A stretch of 64,000 bases of DNA from Pelagomonas calceolata (Eukaryota), in contig CAKKNE010000003.1 of NCBI GenBank assembly GCA_918797485.1, positions 1,860,001-1,924,000 on the forward strand, in the 5' to 3' direction. The notes below the pieces were generated by a model. The model did not search any database. It was not told where the DNA came from and saw only the letters and a list, made by a program, of their open reading frames with translations. Position 1 is the stretch's first letter. The number at the start of each line of letters is the position of its first letter. Shown here piece after piece: positions 44,057-55,167 of this stretch. The translations under genes and the position numbers were made by a program.

Positions 44057-44968
44057 TCACAACAGCGCACCGATGGCGTCTGGCGCCTCGATTTGATTGC
44101 TGCCGACGGGCGTGATCGCCGCGACACGGCGGAAGATCTCGCCCATGCCCGAATCGTAGCCGTTCGCCGCGCGCTGGGAACACATATCGCTGTACTCGAC
44201 GTCGTCCTGGAAGACGTGGCCCCCGCGCTGCACGACGCGGCCGGGCTGCCAGACGCCGCGGTCCTCCTCCTCGTCGCTCGGCGCGTCGAAGAACATCGAT
44301 ATAGCAATGAAGCCGTGGTCCGTATGCGTGGCACCGATCAAACGGCTGTCCGCGCACCGCACCTCGGGCGCGTCGCGGCGCAGCGTCGTCGTGCGGCCGT
44401 CGAAGGGCTGGATGAACGGAACGTCTAGTTGCTCCTCGTTCCGGCAGGGGTCGCCAATCACCGCAAAGCGGTATTCCTTCGGGCCGTCGGCCGTGGTTAT
44501 CGTGAGCGTGTCGACCTTGATGAAGTCCCACGTGTCGCAGACGCACCTGTGCGGAAGCATTTGAGATCTGCGTGACCTCCGGTGATTCGACACTGCAACG
44601 CGCGGCCAGCAACAGTAGTACATGAAACCGACCTCGTCGACGCCGGTGACCGCGTGCTTGAGGCGCAAGCGATAGCGCTTGTAGTCCGACGGGTAGACCG
44701 GCGAACCCGAGACCGCGCAGAAGCCGCTGAATAGTGACTCGATCTGCGCGGCTGGCGTCACCGACGCACGGTCGAGGATGTAACTTGTCCATAAATGCGA
44801 CGCAGCGTTGCGGTTGCCGTATCTGAATATCTCTGAATATCTCTGATGCAGTTCTCGCGGACCAGCGGGCACGTCTTCGAGAGCTACATCTCGCACCAAT
44901 TCCAAGCTGTTGTTGGCAGCAGCCACGGCGGCGCACGTAGCAACGAATGCGGCTCGAAACGGCTGCAT
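44057..44968 (-). CDS. Secreted Cys-rich hypothetical protein (284 aa if the 57-bp GC-AG intron 44547-44603 is spliced)
   Basis: Signal peptide; splicing gives YYCCWPCVCDTWDF. Confidence 0.7.
   Translation of the reverse strand: MQPFRAAFVATCAAVAAANNSLELVRDVALEDVPAGPRELHQRYSEIFRYGNRNAASHLWTSYILDRASVTPAAQIESLFSGFCAVSGSPVYPSDYKRYRLRLKHAVTGVDEVGFMYYCCWPRVAVSNHRRSRRSQMLPHRCVCDTWDFIKVDTLTITTADGPKEYRFAVIGDPCRNEEQLDVPFIQPFDGRTTTLRRDAPEVRCADSRLIGATHTDHGFIAISMFFDAPSDEEEDRGVWQPGRVVQRGGHVFQDDVEYSDMCSQRAANGYDSGMGEIFRRVAAITPVGSNQIEAPDAIGALL
44547..44603 (-). mobile_element. In-frame GC-AG introner-like intron (57 bp)
   Basis: GCGCGTTG|CAGTGTCG...CCGCACAG|GTGCGTCT. Confidence 0.6.
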
Positions 44969-45272
44969 CTGTGCGTACGTATAGCCTTTTGACCGGGACG
45001 GTGCTATTTTTGATGGCTAGACGGCTGGACGGCGCGCTTGGTGGCCGCCAGCTCGATGCTCTCGTTCAGCACAGAGCTGGCATAGCGCCACCCGACGCGC
45101 GAGGACATCAAACCAAAGATCTAAGACCATCCGGCGCTCCTAAACCTCGCGCATAAATCCAGCGAGCAGCGTCTATAGTGGCAGCGGCGATCGACGCCGC
45201 GCAAAAACACCTGCAGACAGCTCCAATCTCAGCTGCTCTCTGTCGCCGCGAACGGCACCAGAGAGGCAAAAA

Positions 45273-46094
45273 ATGATCCTACCCGCATCAATGCTCAGCC
45301 AAGCGCGACGCGGCGCAACCACAGCCGGAGGCGCACTTTTTAGCTTACAACGTGGCGGCGCATCGCTCCGGACCGACGCGCTGCAGCAGACAGCAAAAAA
45401 CGAATGGCTCGTCTGGTCGCCCGGCGTTCCGGCGCGCATCGCGGCGAGCTACGTGTTCCTCGCCGTGGCGTTGGCGGTGCTCGCGCGGTCACCCGCACAG
45501 CACCTGGTCGAGCGCGCTGCCGTCGCGACGCAAGAAGCGCTACTCCACGGAGCGCACCGCGCGGGGTGGTGGACGCTCCTGTCATTGCTGTCGTCCAGTT
45601 GCTGCGTCATCCAGCTCGCCCTGAACATGCTTTCTGTCGGTTGCGCGGGCTTCAATTCCATCCTCGGGCCGGCGCGGCCCTTCTTCCTCGCGTGCGCGTT
45701 ACATGCGCGCGTACTCCTGCGGCGCGCGGCGGTGGCGGCTCCGGGCGTCGACCCGCGGGTGAGACAGATGAACGTCTACGGCGGCGCGCTCGCGATCGCC
45801 GTGGCGTTTGCGCCAGAAATGGTGGCCTTGGTCGCCAAGTTGAGACGACGGCGAATTGACGACGTCGCGGGCGCGGCTCTCACCCTTGACCTGCCGAGTA
45901 TGGGCTGCGTCGCCTGCGTGGACGCGGTGAGCCGCGCGGTCCGCAGCGTTGCTGGCGTAGTTGACGCAGACGTCTCTGTTGGGAGTGCGACGGTCAGTGT
46001 GAACATGGCGAGCGACGCGATCGCTGCCGCCATCAGCGACGCGGTCCGGAAGGCGGGCTTCCCGCCGGAAGCCGTTCGATGGCGTAAGATATGA
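45273..46094 (+). CDS. Membrane protein with MerT-like CC helix and C-terminal HMA domain
   Basis: LLSSSCCVIQL in a TM segment; LPSMGCVACVDAVSRAVRSVAGV (HMA); start uncertain. Confidence 0.75.
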   Translation: MILPASMLSQARRGATTAGGALFSLQRGGASLRTDALQQTAKNEWLVWSPGVPARIAASYVFLAVALAVLARSPAQHLVERAAVATQEALLHGAHRAGWWTLLSLLSSSCCVIQLALNMLSVGCAGFNSILGPARPFFLACALHARVLLRRAAVAAPGVDPRVRQMNVYGGALAIAVAFAPEMVALVAKLRRRRIDDVAGAALTLDLPSMGCVACVDAVSRAVRSVAGVVDADVSVGSATVSVNMASDAIAAAISDAVRKAGFPPEAVRWRKI

Positions 46095-46112
46095 ACAACT
46101 TACTCTCCGAGT

Positions 46113-49100
46113 CTATATAGAGTTCTCCGCCGTCGGCGCGCCGCCCGAAACAGAAATAGGGGCGTCCGTCACGGCCTCCAGGTCCTCCTTCGCGACAATA
46201 GCCTCCGAGCGCCTAGATTTGGGACCAATCAACGCGCAGACCACGGGCATGACCACCAATCCAAACCAGACCGCTAGTATGAGTATGGTCATCAAATATC
46301 GGAAGAACGTCTGGAAGACATAAGTGACGCAGAAGCCCGTCAAGCAGATCCCTAGGATGGTGGAGGTACCCCCCAGGAACACGGGCGGCCCCAATAAATC
46401 GAGGGCCTCGACCGCCCGGTCCTTCCTTGATGACTGAGACGATTCGAGGAACGCCACACAATAATGCGCCGAGGCATCCGTAGCTAGACCCACAGCGATG
46501 ATCACGAAGAACGCCGACACATTATTTAAATGGTCGTCGTACCAATATATAGAACCGTACGTTATTAAACATACCATGATGACACTCGAGGCAACTAAGC
46601 ATGCCGCCCACAAGTCACCCAATAATAATAACAAGACCACCAACACCGCCACGCAAGCGATACATAATGATATCACGGACTCCCTCAGTACTACTCTAAT
46701 GCCTTCGGCAAACACGAACGCGAACTGGTAGAACCGAGGTTTGACAGCAGACGCGTGCTTCCGGCCGAAAGTGCGACTGCGAAGCATGCGGTTCAAAATC
46801 ATGGGCGTATCTAACTCCTTCTTGTTGAACTGCCACCGCACATCGGTCTTCGTCGCGATGATATTGTTCTGAGCATCGAGTAGGACGTCCTCCTGGTAGC
46901 CCTTGCCTTCGTCCGTCTGCAGCCATGTCGCCACGCTATTTTTGTACTCTTCCGAGGTTTGGGGAGGATTACTCGCAGCGTATAACTGATGAGCGTCGTA
47001 CCAGTTCCCCATGACACTTTCTGTCACCACATAAGGCTGCTGCGCGTATTCAGCGTAGAACTTTTGTGTCGTACTACCTTCCACAAAATAATCGGCAGTA
47101 GACGTATACACGCCGATGGGGTACTGGTTGCCGTCGCGAAAGTACTTTTCTTGGAACTCGAAGTCGCTCTTGAACCAGGCGTAGGGCAGGTCGTTGCCTG
47201 AGTCGAGCGAAGCCGTCACGACACCGCCGTGGCCCCACGAGACGCGTAGACTCTCGCGTGGCCGCATCGACGGCGTCGAGGCGACGCGGATTCATGAAGA
47301 CGCCATCATGAAAACCGTCATAAGTTGAAATTCTCGTGAGACACTGGGTCAGCACCGAAGGCGTCCGTCTCGACGAAGAAGTCCTGGTACTGGAAGTCCG
47401 CCGTTACGCGAAAAGCGCCTACCGCTGCTACACAAACTAAGGCTGCGGTGGATAGCAATACGAAGGCCATGCCCGCCTTGCTGAGTAGGATAGACGCGTA
47501 TCGACCCCCAAAGAAGGAGGTAGGTCTAGAACCGTTGATCTTCGGATCACTTAAGGCGTTCTTCACGCAGGGCTTGCAACACCTCATTTGCGCTTCTTCG
47601 TTGAGTTCGCGAGCACCGCGTCTGAGCTTCATCCGCATATCTAAGGTAAGTATAGCTACAAACAAGGTGGTCTGCAACAAGTAGTCCGTCAACACGCAAG
47701 TTCCACAAAAAATGCAGAACGCGCGAATAGCTGGTATCGTAGTGATCGCGCCGGCATAGAACGCGACAGCGTCCGTGATAGAAGTAACGAAGATACTAGG
47801 ACCCGCCGCGGCCATGGCCCGTACCACTCTACGAGAGGCTATTTCATACACGTCCGCGCCGTCTTTTACTCTTTTGGCGTCTTCTGAGAAGTCGCCTCTG
47901 TGAACTAATTCCGCGCCGACAATGACAAACGCATCATCCAAGCCAATCCCCAAAATCAGGAAGATAGCTATCGATGCGGTCGCAGAAAAAACCGTGCCGC
48001 CCGCTATAGCTAGACCGAAACCCGCAGCTACCGCCACGAGTACGACACACGCGGCCGCAACACCGAGCCACCCTCGCGACGCATACGGATCCTTGCGCTG
48101 GTGCATGGCCCAGAAGGCATATAAGAAGATGAGGATCGACGCGCCATTGATCAGGGCCTGGTCGTAATCAAAGCCACCTCCCACGTTCTCGGACTGAGCA
48201 AAAGAAGTAAGGGGCTTGAGCGGCTTGTCGAGGTAGTCGTAGGAGCCCTTGTCTCGGATCTTGTCGAACTCCTTCTCCAATTCTCGATTCTTCTTGTCTC
48301 TGCCGCCCTTTTTCGTTTTTGCATTCAGGTAGAAATTCAACTGGAGCGTGCCTATACTAGTAACTAATCCAGCGTCATCCCTCGAAATCTTCCCGGCGTT
48401 CTGGCCGAGCACGACGAACGGTCCTGCTCCGCTGCAGCAGTCGGGCACGTCGTCTCGGTTGATCGTAGCTATTATGTCAGTATCCGCTTCGAGCGTCGCG
48501 CGGTCCCAGCCCCAAAACGCCAAGATGCCGGACTTCTGGCCTGTGTGGTTTTTTTGTGTCTTGTCTCTGCGTGTGTCTCTCCGACTCCATCGGCCCTCTC
48601 GACGCCATCGACGCTACGGAGGCTTTATACGTCCACCTCCACGCCATCGAGGCGGCGCTTCTCTCTGTGTCTGTGTCTCTCGTCACCCTCGCGTCGATGG
48701 CGTGGGGCGCCTCGACGCCATCGGCGCGACGCCGTCGACGCGATAACACTCACGGACGCCGCATCGCACAAGGCTGCGCCGGGTTCCGCGTGTTGACCGC
48801 GCAACTCCTTTCATCGTAGCCGCGGTTCCCGCCGTCCGACGACGTCGCCAGGACGCGGTCGTAGACGTCGAACACCTCCAAGAGAGCTTCTTTGTCGAGC
48901 AAATTACGGCCGTTCTTGTGGTCGAGGATCATCGTGCTCACACTAGCGTCGTTCGGGAAGCGCGATTCGACCCAGCGCCGATCCCTGAACGCGCGGCTGT
49001 TGTCCGGCACAAACAATTTGTCGGGCTGGTCCTCAGACTTGATGTTCATGAAGCCGAGCGTGCATAGAGCACTGATAAACAACGCTAACGCTATCGTCGT

Positions 49101-49253
49101 CCAGGGCTTCGTCGAGACCCAGGTGGCTACTTTCGCGGTGCCCGCGGCGATGCCGTGGTCGACGGCCGCCGCGGCGCGCTGGAGCGCCGTCGGCTGCTTT
49201 TTTGTTGTGGTTTCGTCGGCCACCTTGTCGGAGGACTCGACCATGTTGCCCAT
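46113..49253 (-). CDS. Patched/NPC1-family sterol-sensing RND protein (917 aa; exons 49253-48770, 48540-47356, 47197-46113)
   Basis: LGIGLDDAFV, AGPSIFVTSITD, IPAIRAFC, AVGLATDASAH; two GT-AG introns with consistent phase. Confidence 0.88.
47198..47355 (-). mobile_element. Introner-like intron (158 bp)
   Basis: GTGCTGAC vs GCAACGAC; internal similarity to 20587-20746. Confidence 0.75.
48541..48769 (-). mobile_element. Introner-like intron (229 bp)
   Basis: Ends CCACACAG; cores in both orientations; exact donor slightly uncertain. Confidence 0.75.
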
Positions 49254-49532
49254 TCGAGCGCTTGTCGTCGCGTAGGCGAACTAGTTGCTCCTTGCAGGGG
49301 AATGTGCTTTGTCAGTCTGTTCGCTGCCAGAGCGCGCAGCGATAACCAAGCTTTCTCGTTATTGAAATGTGGTGTCAGAGATGCGCCTGCAGCCTTCCTC
49401 GCAGCTTGCGACTATCGCCTCGCGGCAGCACGAGCAATAGACCGATGACAATGCCCACTGAGGCAGAGCAAAGTGAAACCGGGCCGGGAAACGGACGCGT
49501 CTAATCACTCTTCTTGTCATTCTTACACTGAT

Positions 49533-50021
49533 TCACAGGTACGCGATCGTCATGAACAGGCAATCATCTTCAAAACTCTCGACGCGCGCCTCGCGCGTGG
49601 GCGGCAGCAGGTCCTTGAGACCGAGCTGGCAGAGCTCGTCCAGCGCCAGGTCTTCGTCGAGGCCGCGCCCTTCGAGGAACTCGGCGCGCGTCGGCGCCGG
49701 GAGGCGGAGGAACGCGTTGATGGCCGGCGCGGGGAGCGGGCGCGAGAGCGCCGAGAGGATCGCGCAGGAGAGGTCGTCTTCCGTGGCGTAGCCGTCCGTC
49801 GGCGAAAGGCCTGAGATCCGAAAGTTCCTCAGGCCAAAAGCTTGTTCGACGCCCTCGTCGTTGATGACGACCACGATGCGCACGGGGCCATGCACCGCCG
49901 GCGACAGAGCCGTCGTGGCAATGGATGACGGCGACGCGCGCCCGCCACGCGTCTCCAGGCGAACCGTCGTCAACCGCCCGCGGCAGGCGTCGCACGCACA
50001 GACGGCTTCGGCCGCGTTCAT
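49533..50021 (-). CDS. Hypothetical protein
   Basis: Coding-like ORF (MNAAEAVCACDAC...); start could be 50090. Confidence 0.4.
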   Translation of the reverse strand: MNAAEAVCACDACRGRLTTVRLETRGGRASPSSIATTALSPAVHGPVRIVVVINDEGVEQAFGLRNFRISGLSPTDGYATEDDLSCAILSALSRPLPAPAINAFLRLPAPTRAEFLEGRGLDEDLALDELCQLGLKDLLPPTREARVESFEDDCLFMTIAYL

Positions 50022-50324
50022 GATCGAGCGGAAGGGAAAGCCGCGGCGGGCCTTCCGCGCCTTGCGCGCCGAGCCGAGAGACTTGGGCATACTTCCTTCT
50101 GGTGGCGCTAGGCAGTCGTAGCTCGCCGCGCGCCCGGCAAAGAGGCTGCGCGCAGCCTCGGAAGGTAATCGATCTAACGTCCTCGCAAGCGATTCTCCAG
50201 CGCAGCGCGCGGCGTAGCAAAGTATCAGCGAGGCTGGGACCTCACGCGTGCACAACCTAGCTGTCCGCGCGAGCTAATACGCTCGCAACACGAGGCAATT
50301 TGCGAGAACGACTCGGCATAATCA

Positions 50325-50343
50325 CCTAGTCTAGACACACTAG
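50325..50343 (-). promoter_or_regulatory. CTAG dyad motif, degenerate
   Basis: Reverse complement ctagtgtgtctagactagg, within a cluster of CTAGs. Confidence 0.4.
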
Positions 50344-50436
50344 AAGCGCAGTCGAGAGCCGCTAGTCAGTCCTAGCACCGTACAACAAGTCGAGAGCTGT
50401 CTTGAGAACTACGTTCACACAAAAAGGCAATTATAC

Positions 50437-53400
50437 TCACACCACGGACACCCCCAACGACGACGACTCCGCGGCAACGTCGTCGGCCGATGCGAGGAAC
50501 ACGTCGTCGTCCCGCGCCGCGTCCTCCAGATCGACGCGCTCCAGGATCTCCCGGATCTTCAAGCCGTAGTCGGCGTGGGCGCCGATCAAGTCTGACACGT
50601 CAACGTCCACCGCCAGCCCGGGCAGCGAAAGCGGCGCCAAGCCTGCCACGCGCGCCGCCCACGACTGCATCCGAAACAACACGGCGAGCATCAGGTCGTT
50701 CGGCGAGTAGCAATTGACGAGCCGGCCCGCCACGACGCCCGACGCGGCGCGCCAGCGCTCCGTGGTCGAGCCGCCCGTGCCGCGCAACGGCGCGCCCAAT
50801 AAAACGGCGTGCTCGACGATGCCGCGAAACGAGTCGCGATTACGATCCAGCGCTTCGTGCGCCTCGGCGTCCTGCCAACTAACCTCGACGCGCGCCGTCG
50901 CCGAGACCTGCGAGCGGAGGCGCAGTCGCATCGATGGCGTGGAGGCCGATGCAATCGAGACTCGACGACCGGGACGATGTCGCATCGATGGCGTGGAGGC
51001 CGAGTTCAGACCCGGAACCGCACGCCAGAGGCATCAGCCAACGCCGCGAGGCGGATGACGGGCTTGGTTGGATCATCGCGCGCCGCCTGCTTGCGCGCCC
51101 ATGACCTGCGTTACGTGACGGGTCACGTCGATGGCATGTGCGCGGTTTTCCGGCGCCGAGACCGCGCGGGAAGCGGTTCGCCGCCAGGACCTCGTGCGAC
51201 GCCGTCGTCTCGTAGCTCGACGAGGACGCCACGAGCGCGATGTCGACCACGGCGTCGCGCGCCGCGCAGTCGATCTCGACGGACGCGGAGATGTTGTCGG
51301 GACCGGACCACGCGAGGGGTTCCCCCGGGGCCGCCCGCAAGTCGCGAGTTCCGGCCAGCAGCGCGTCGGGCTCGTCGTTTTCAGACGCGCTCCCGAAGAG
51401 GCGCCGCGCGCGCGACGAGACCTTGGCGTTCGAACCGACGGTGTAGCCGGCGCCGGCGCCCGCGCGCACGGCGAGCCGGAGCCGCCGGCCGCCGGCCGCG
51501 TCAATCCAGTGCACGCCGTCGAGCGGCGCGATCGTGAGCGTGCCGTGCAGGCGCTCGTCGTCGTCGACGTCCTCCTCGTCCGACAGAACACCCACGTCCG
51601 ACGACGGGTCCGCGCCGCCCGCGTGCGCCCCGACGCCCACGACCGACGCAGCTCTCGCTCGCCTCTGCTCGCGCCGCCGGCACCGCTTCTGCGCCCGCGC
51701 GTGCCTTCTAGCGAGTTCTTCCAGACAACTAAAAACGACGCGCGCGCCCAGCGAGTAGCCGACCAACGTCACGGGCCGTTCGCCGATGGCGGACCGCGCG
51801 CACAGCGCGTCCGCCAGCGCGACGCCGGCGGCATCCGCCCTCGTCACCGCGAGCGTCCACGTGCCATCGATGTACTTCGTCGCCTGCAACAACGTAATCG
51901 GCAGCAACAGACTCGTGAGGATGAGGCCGACCGTCGTCGCCGCCCCCGCGTACAGGATGGCGTCCTGGCCGGCGCTCTGCGCGAGGCTCGTCGCGAGCGC
52001 CGCCATCGACGCCGTGATCTCGACGAGGATCGCCCGCTCCCAGATCAGCAGATTCAGCTCCGGCGCGCCGCCGGCCCACGCCTGGGGCCACCACCACAGC
52101 TCGACGTCATTACTATCATCGTCCTCCTTGATCGTCGTCGGCGACTCCGGCGCCAGCTCCTCGGCGTCGTCGGTCTCGTCGTCGTCCAAGCCGGCGCCGG
52201 CCAATCTTTCGGCGTCGGCCGCGTTCCGCCTTCGAGCGGCCTCCTCGTCGCCGTCGCCCAGCGCCCGAGACGTCAAATCGACGACGTCGACCGCCTCGTC
52301 CGCTCGAAGTGAAAGCGCGCGGCGCACAATGTTTGAAGCGTCGCCCCGCACCGATGGACCACTGTCGGGCGCGCTGGCTCTCGCGACGGCGGCTTCGAGC
52401 GCGTCCGCGGCCTCGCGCGCGACGGTCTCGTCGAGCCCCGGCGTCAGCGCCTCCGGTGGTGCCGCCGCGTCCAGCGGCGCATCTGGCGCGAGACCGAGGA
52501 GCGCGCGGCACCGCTCCTCCAAAGTTTCTTCGCTCTTTTTGACGACCTTGCCTCGCAGCCGCTCGAGCTGCGACGGCCGACGGGTGGCCACGAACGACTC
52601 GGTCCGGCCCGTCTTCGCGGCCAGGAGAACGCTCCGGGCCCGGTCCCGCGCCTCCACCGCGGACAAACCCTCCTTCTGCTGCAGCAGGCGGCGGAGCTTC
52701 CGCTTGAGGGGCGCGTCCGCGGGCGGGTCGGCGCCGTAGGCGGCCGCGTAGTCCGTCGGGTCTCGCATGCTCCCCGCGACGCAGACGGCCACTGTAAGTC
52801 CGCTCGCTTCGGGTTTCGGGGCGATGCCGCGAACCTGTGTGCGTCGCGTCGATGACGTGAGAAGCGCCGCGACATTTGATTTCTACACAGCCGCGAACAA
52901 TTTCGAAGTCCGTGAGGCCGGCGACGCGGCGCGACGTCCGGTAGCCAGCGAGCCCGGCGCCGGCAGCGCCGAAACCAGCGGCGAAGAAGAGCGAGTAAGT
53001 AGTCGCAAATGTGGCGACCGACGACGCGCCCCAGACCGTCGAGCCGCCTAGTGCCACAGCTAACGCGGGAGCCGCGACGCCGGCCGTCACGGCGACGGCC
53101 ACTCCGGTCGCGGTGGCGGCGGCGCCAATGGCCGCGTAGCGCAGGGCCGCCGCGGCGTTCGACTCGCGGCGCTCCACGGCCGGCGCCGGGCCCGCGGCGC
53201 TCCGCAGCGCGACGGCCACGGCCCGCTCGCTCTGGCGCAGCCAGCCCTTGTCGTAGTCTAGCGCCGCGGCGACGCGCGCCACGCAGCGCCTCGCGCGCGC
53301 GTCGTAGGCGCCTTTGGCGTGCACGAGCGGTGCCGCGAGTAGACCCTCCAGCACCTTGCGCCGCAGCGTCACGCCGTCGGCGCGCGCCCGGAGGATAGCG

Positions 53401-53699
53401 GCGAGCTCGTCTCTCGCCTTGCGCGCATCCGAGCGCGCGAGCGGCTTGAGCGCGGCGGCCCACGACGAGTGCTCGAGGCTCGGCGGCACCGCGCCAACGC
53501 CGACCGCTGCGGCGGCCGCATTGATGTATGCGGCGTTGAACGCGTCTTGCTCGCCGTCGTCGCGCAAGCTGCACGCCGCTAGGCAGAGCAGAGCCGTGGC
53601 TGCCTCGGCGTCCCACGGCTCGGTTTCAGGTGGCGGTGGCGGCGTGGCAGTGCTGCTATTTGTCCGTGGCGGCAGGGGTGGTGCTGGCTGATCGGCCAT
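50437..53699 (-). CDS. TMCO4: TMCO4/DUF726 lipase-like membrane protein (exons 53699-52899, 52834-51168, 51105-51024, 50907-50437; middle junctions tentative)
   Basis: YDARAR, AVTAGVAAP, RPVTLVGYSLGARVVFSCL, IVEHAVLLGAP, VVAGRLVNCYSPNDLML. Confidence 0.85.
50908..51023 (-). mobile_element. Introner-like intron (116 bp)
   Basis: Two copies of CGGCCTCCACGCCATCGATGCGAC; GT..CGCAG. Confidence 0.65.
51106..51167 (-). mobile_element. Possible GC-AG introner-like intron (62 bp)
   Basis: GCCATCGACGTG core, ends ACGCAG; donor inferred from frame only. Confidence 0.5.
52835..52898 (-). mobile_element. Intact introner: 8-bp TSD GTTCGCGG + 56-bp element with CTGTGT/ACACAG TIRs
   Basis: ccgcgaac at 52827-52834 and 52891-52898 flanks ctgtgt...acacag. 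Confidence 0.92.
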
Positions 53700-53797
53700 C
53701 GTTTCACAACGAGTTAGAATTTAAAATACAGTCTCGAGAGCTTACACGGGAGTCGTGAATGACGCATAGACGGCCGCAGAGCTTGTGGCAGAGCTTC

Positions 53798-53820
53798 CCT
53801 AGTGTCCTTGTGCCGCTAGC
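53798..53820 (+). promoter_or_regulatory. CTAG dyad motif (divergent gap)
   Basis: cctagtgtccttgtgccgctagc. Confidence 0.6.
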
Positions 53821-54001
53821 TAACTTACAAGATCGTGAGAGTAAATCTACCGGTACCAGAGCAACCTAGCGAAGCCCTGCTGCCAGATCTCGTCCACTCG
53901 AGCCTCGGTTGCCGCCAGCCCTTGCCTCTGCAGAAACTAGCGCCGCCGAGGCGCCAAAAAGCACTCAATACAGCAAGCCCGCCAAACCAGCAGCACAAAC
54001 C

Positions 54002-54910
54002 ATGATCCTGAGGACCCTCACGCTGGCCGCCGCGGCCCAGGGCCTCGCTCTCACGCGGAGTCGGCCACGCACGCGGCTGCAGGCCGAGAAGCCCGCCTGG
54101 GCCGACGCCGTCAAGGACGAGGCCGTCGCCGAGGACGTCGTCGCGGACAGCCCGTCTTTATTTGACTTTTTTGGAGGCGCTTCGGTAAATTCGGAAGCCG
54201 CCAAGGCCCTGAAGGAGGAGATGCGGAAGATGGCTGCTACTGTGGATGCTGCCGTGGCCGACGCGCAAAAGGCGCAGAAACAATATGCCCAAGCTGTCAA
54301 TAATGCGGAACGCGCCGAGAAGGCCGCCGTCCAGCGGGAAGAAAGAGCCATCAAGGCCACGGAGGCGGCCAAGGAGGCGGCTTCTACTTTGAGAGGCCCG
54401 CCGCCGGCCGCCGAACTCGAGAGGGCGAAAGTAGAAGGCGAGGCCGAGGCGGAAGAACAGATCGCCGCCTGCAAGGTGAGGGAAGCGGCGGCGTTCGAGC
54501 GCACCGCCAAACTCATCGAGCAGCGGGAAGCGGACGTCAAGAAGGCCGTCGAGGAGAACCGCGCTTTGCTCGCGGCGGCGGAGACGGAGAAGAATCGGGC
54601 GGAACGAGCCCAGAAGGCCGCGGAGCAGCGGCGCGACGCGGCCATCGCGCAGGCGAAGAACATCGCCGATTCGTCTGTGAGACGCGCCGAGGCCGAAGTC
54701 GAGCGCCTAAAAAACGAGGCGTCCGGCACGGCGACGAAGATCGACCCGACGGCCGCGGCCGTCGCCGGCGGCCTGTGCGGTTTGCTCCTGTGCAACACTG
54801 TCGGGTTGGCGCAGCTGGATTTGCTGGGGGCGGGCGCCGGCGCGGCGGCCATGTTCGCGGCGCTGGACTCCATGGGTGCTCCGGAGAAGGAGAAGGTCGA
54901 GGCTAAGTAG
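54002..54910 (+). CDS. Targeted Ala/Glu-rich coiled-coil protein with C-terminal TM hairpin
   Basis: Signal/transit-like N-terminus, long coiled coil, hydrophobic C-terminus. Confidence 0.65.
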   Translation: MILRTLTLAAAAQGLALTRSRPRTRLQAEKPAWADAVKDEAVAEDVVADSPSLFDFFGGASVNSEAAKALKEEMRKMAATVDAAVADAQKAQKQYAQAVNNAERAEKAAVQREERAIKATEAAKEAASTLRGPPPAAELERAKVEGEAEAEEQIAACKVREAAAFERTAKLIEQREADVKKAVEENRALLAAAETEKNRAERAQKAAEQRRDAAIAQAKNIADSSVRRAEAEVERLKNEASGTATKIDPTAAAVAGGLCGLLLCNTVGLAQLDLLGAGAGAAAMFAALDSMGAPEKEKVEAK

Positions 54911-55167
54911 ATTTTATGCGGTCGCGGCGGCGAGGCGTCGAGGGTTTATCCGGTCGCGTGATCCGGTCGCGTCGCGTCCGAGGCGTAGCTGCACGGGTTT
55001 TGTCGACCGCTTTTTACAGTTTTTTGGGCAGGTGGCGACACACGAGTGCGTTGCGCACCTGGAAGGCAGTGTAATAGGTTGCCTACACACGTGCGGAACG
55101 CTTCGCAACGCGACATCCATTCGTACGGCTGCGTGCAAGGACTTGCATGCTGCTCAGCTGCGGTGGG

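Noticed and set aside
18472..49253. Smoothened-like + Patched-like genes as a Hedgehog pathway cluster
   Set aside because: About 25 kb apart with many unrelated genes between; NPC1/Patched-family proteins are widespread; no Hedgehog or Gli
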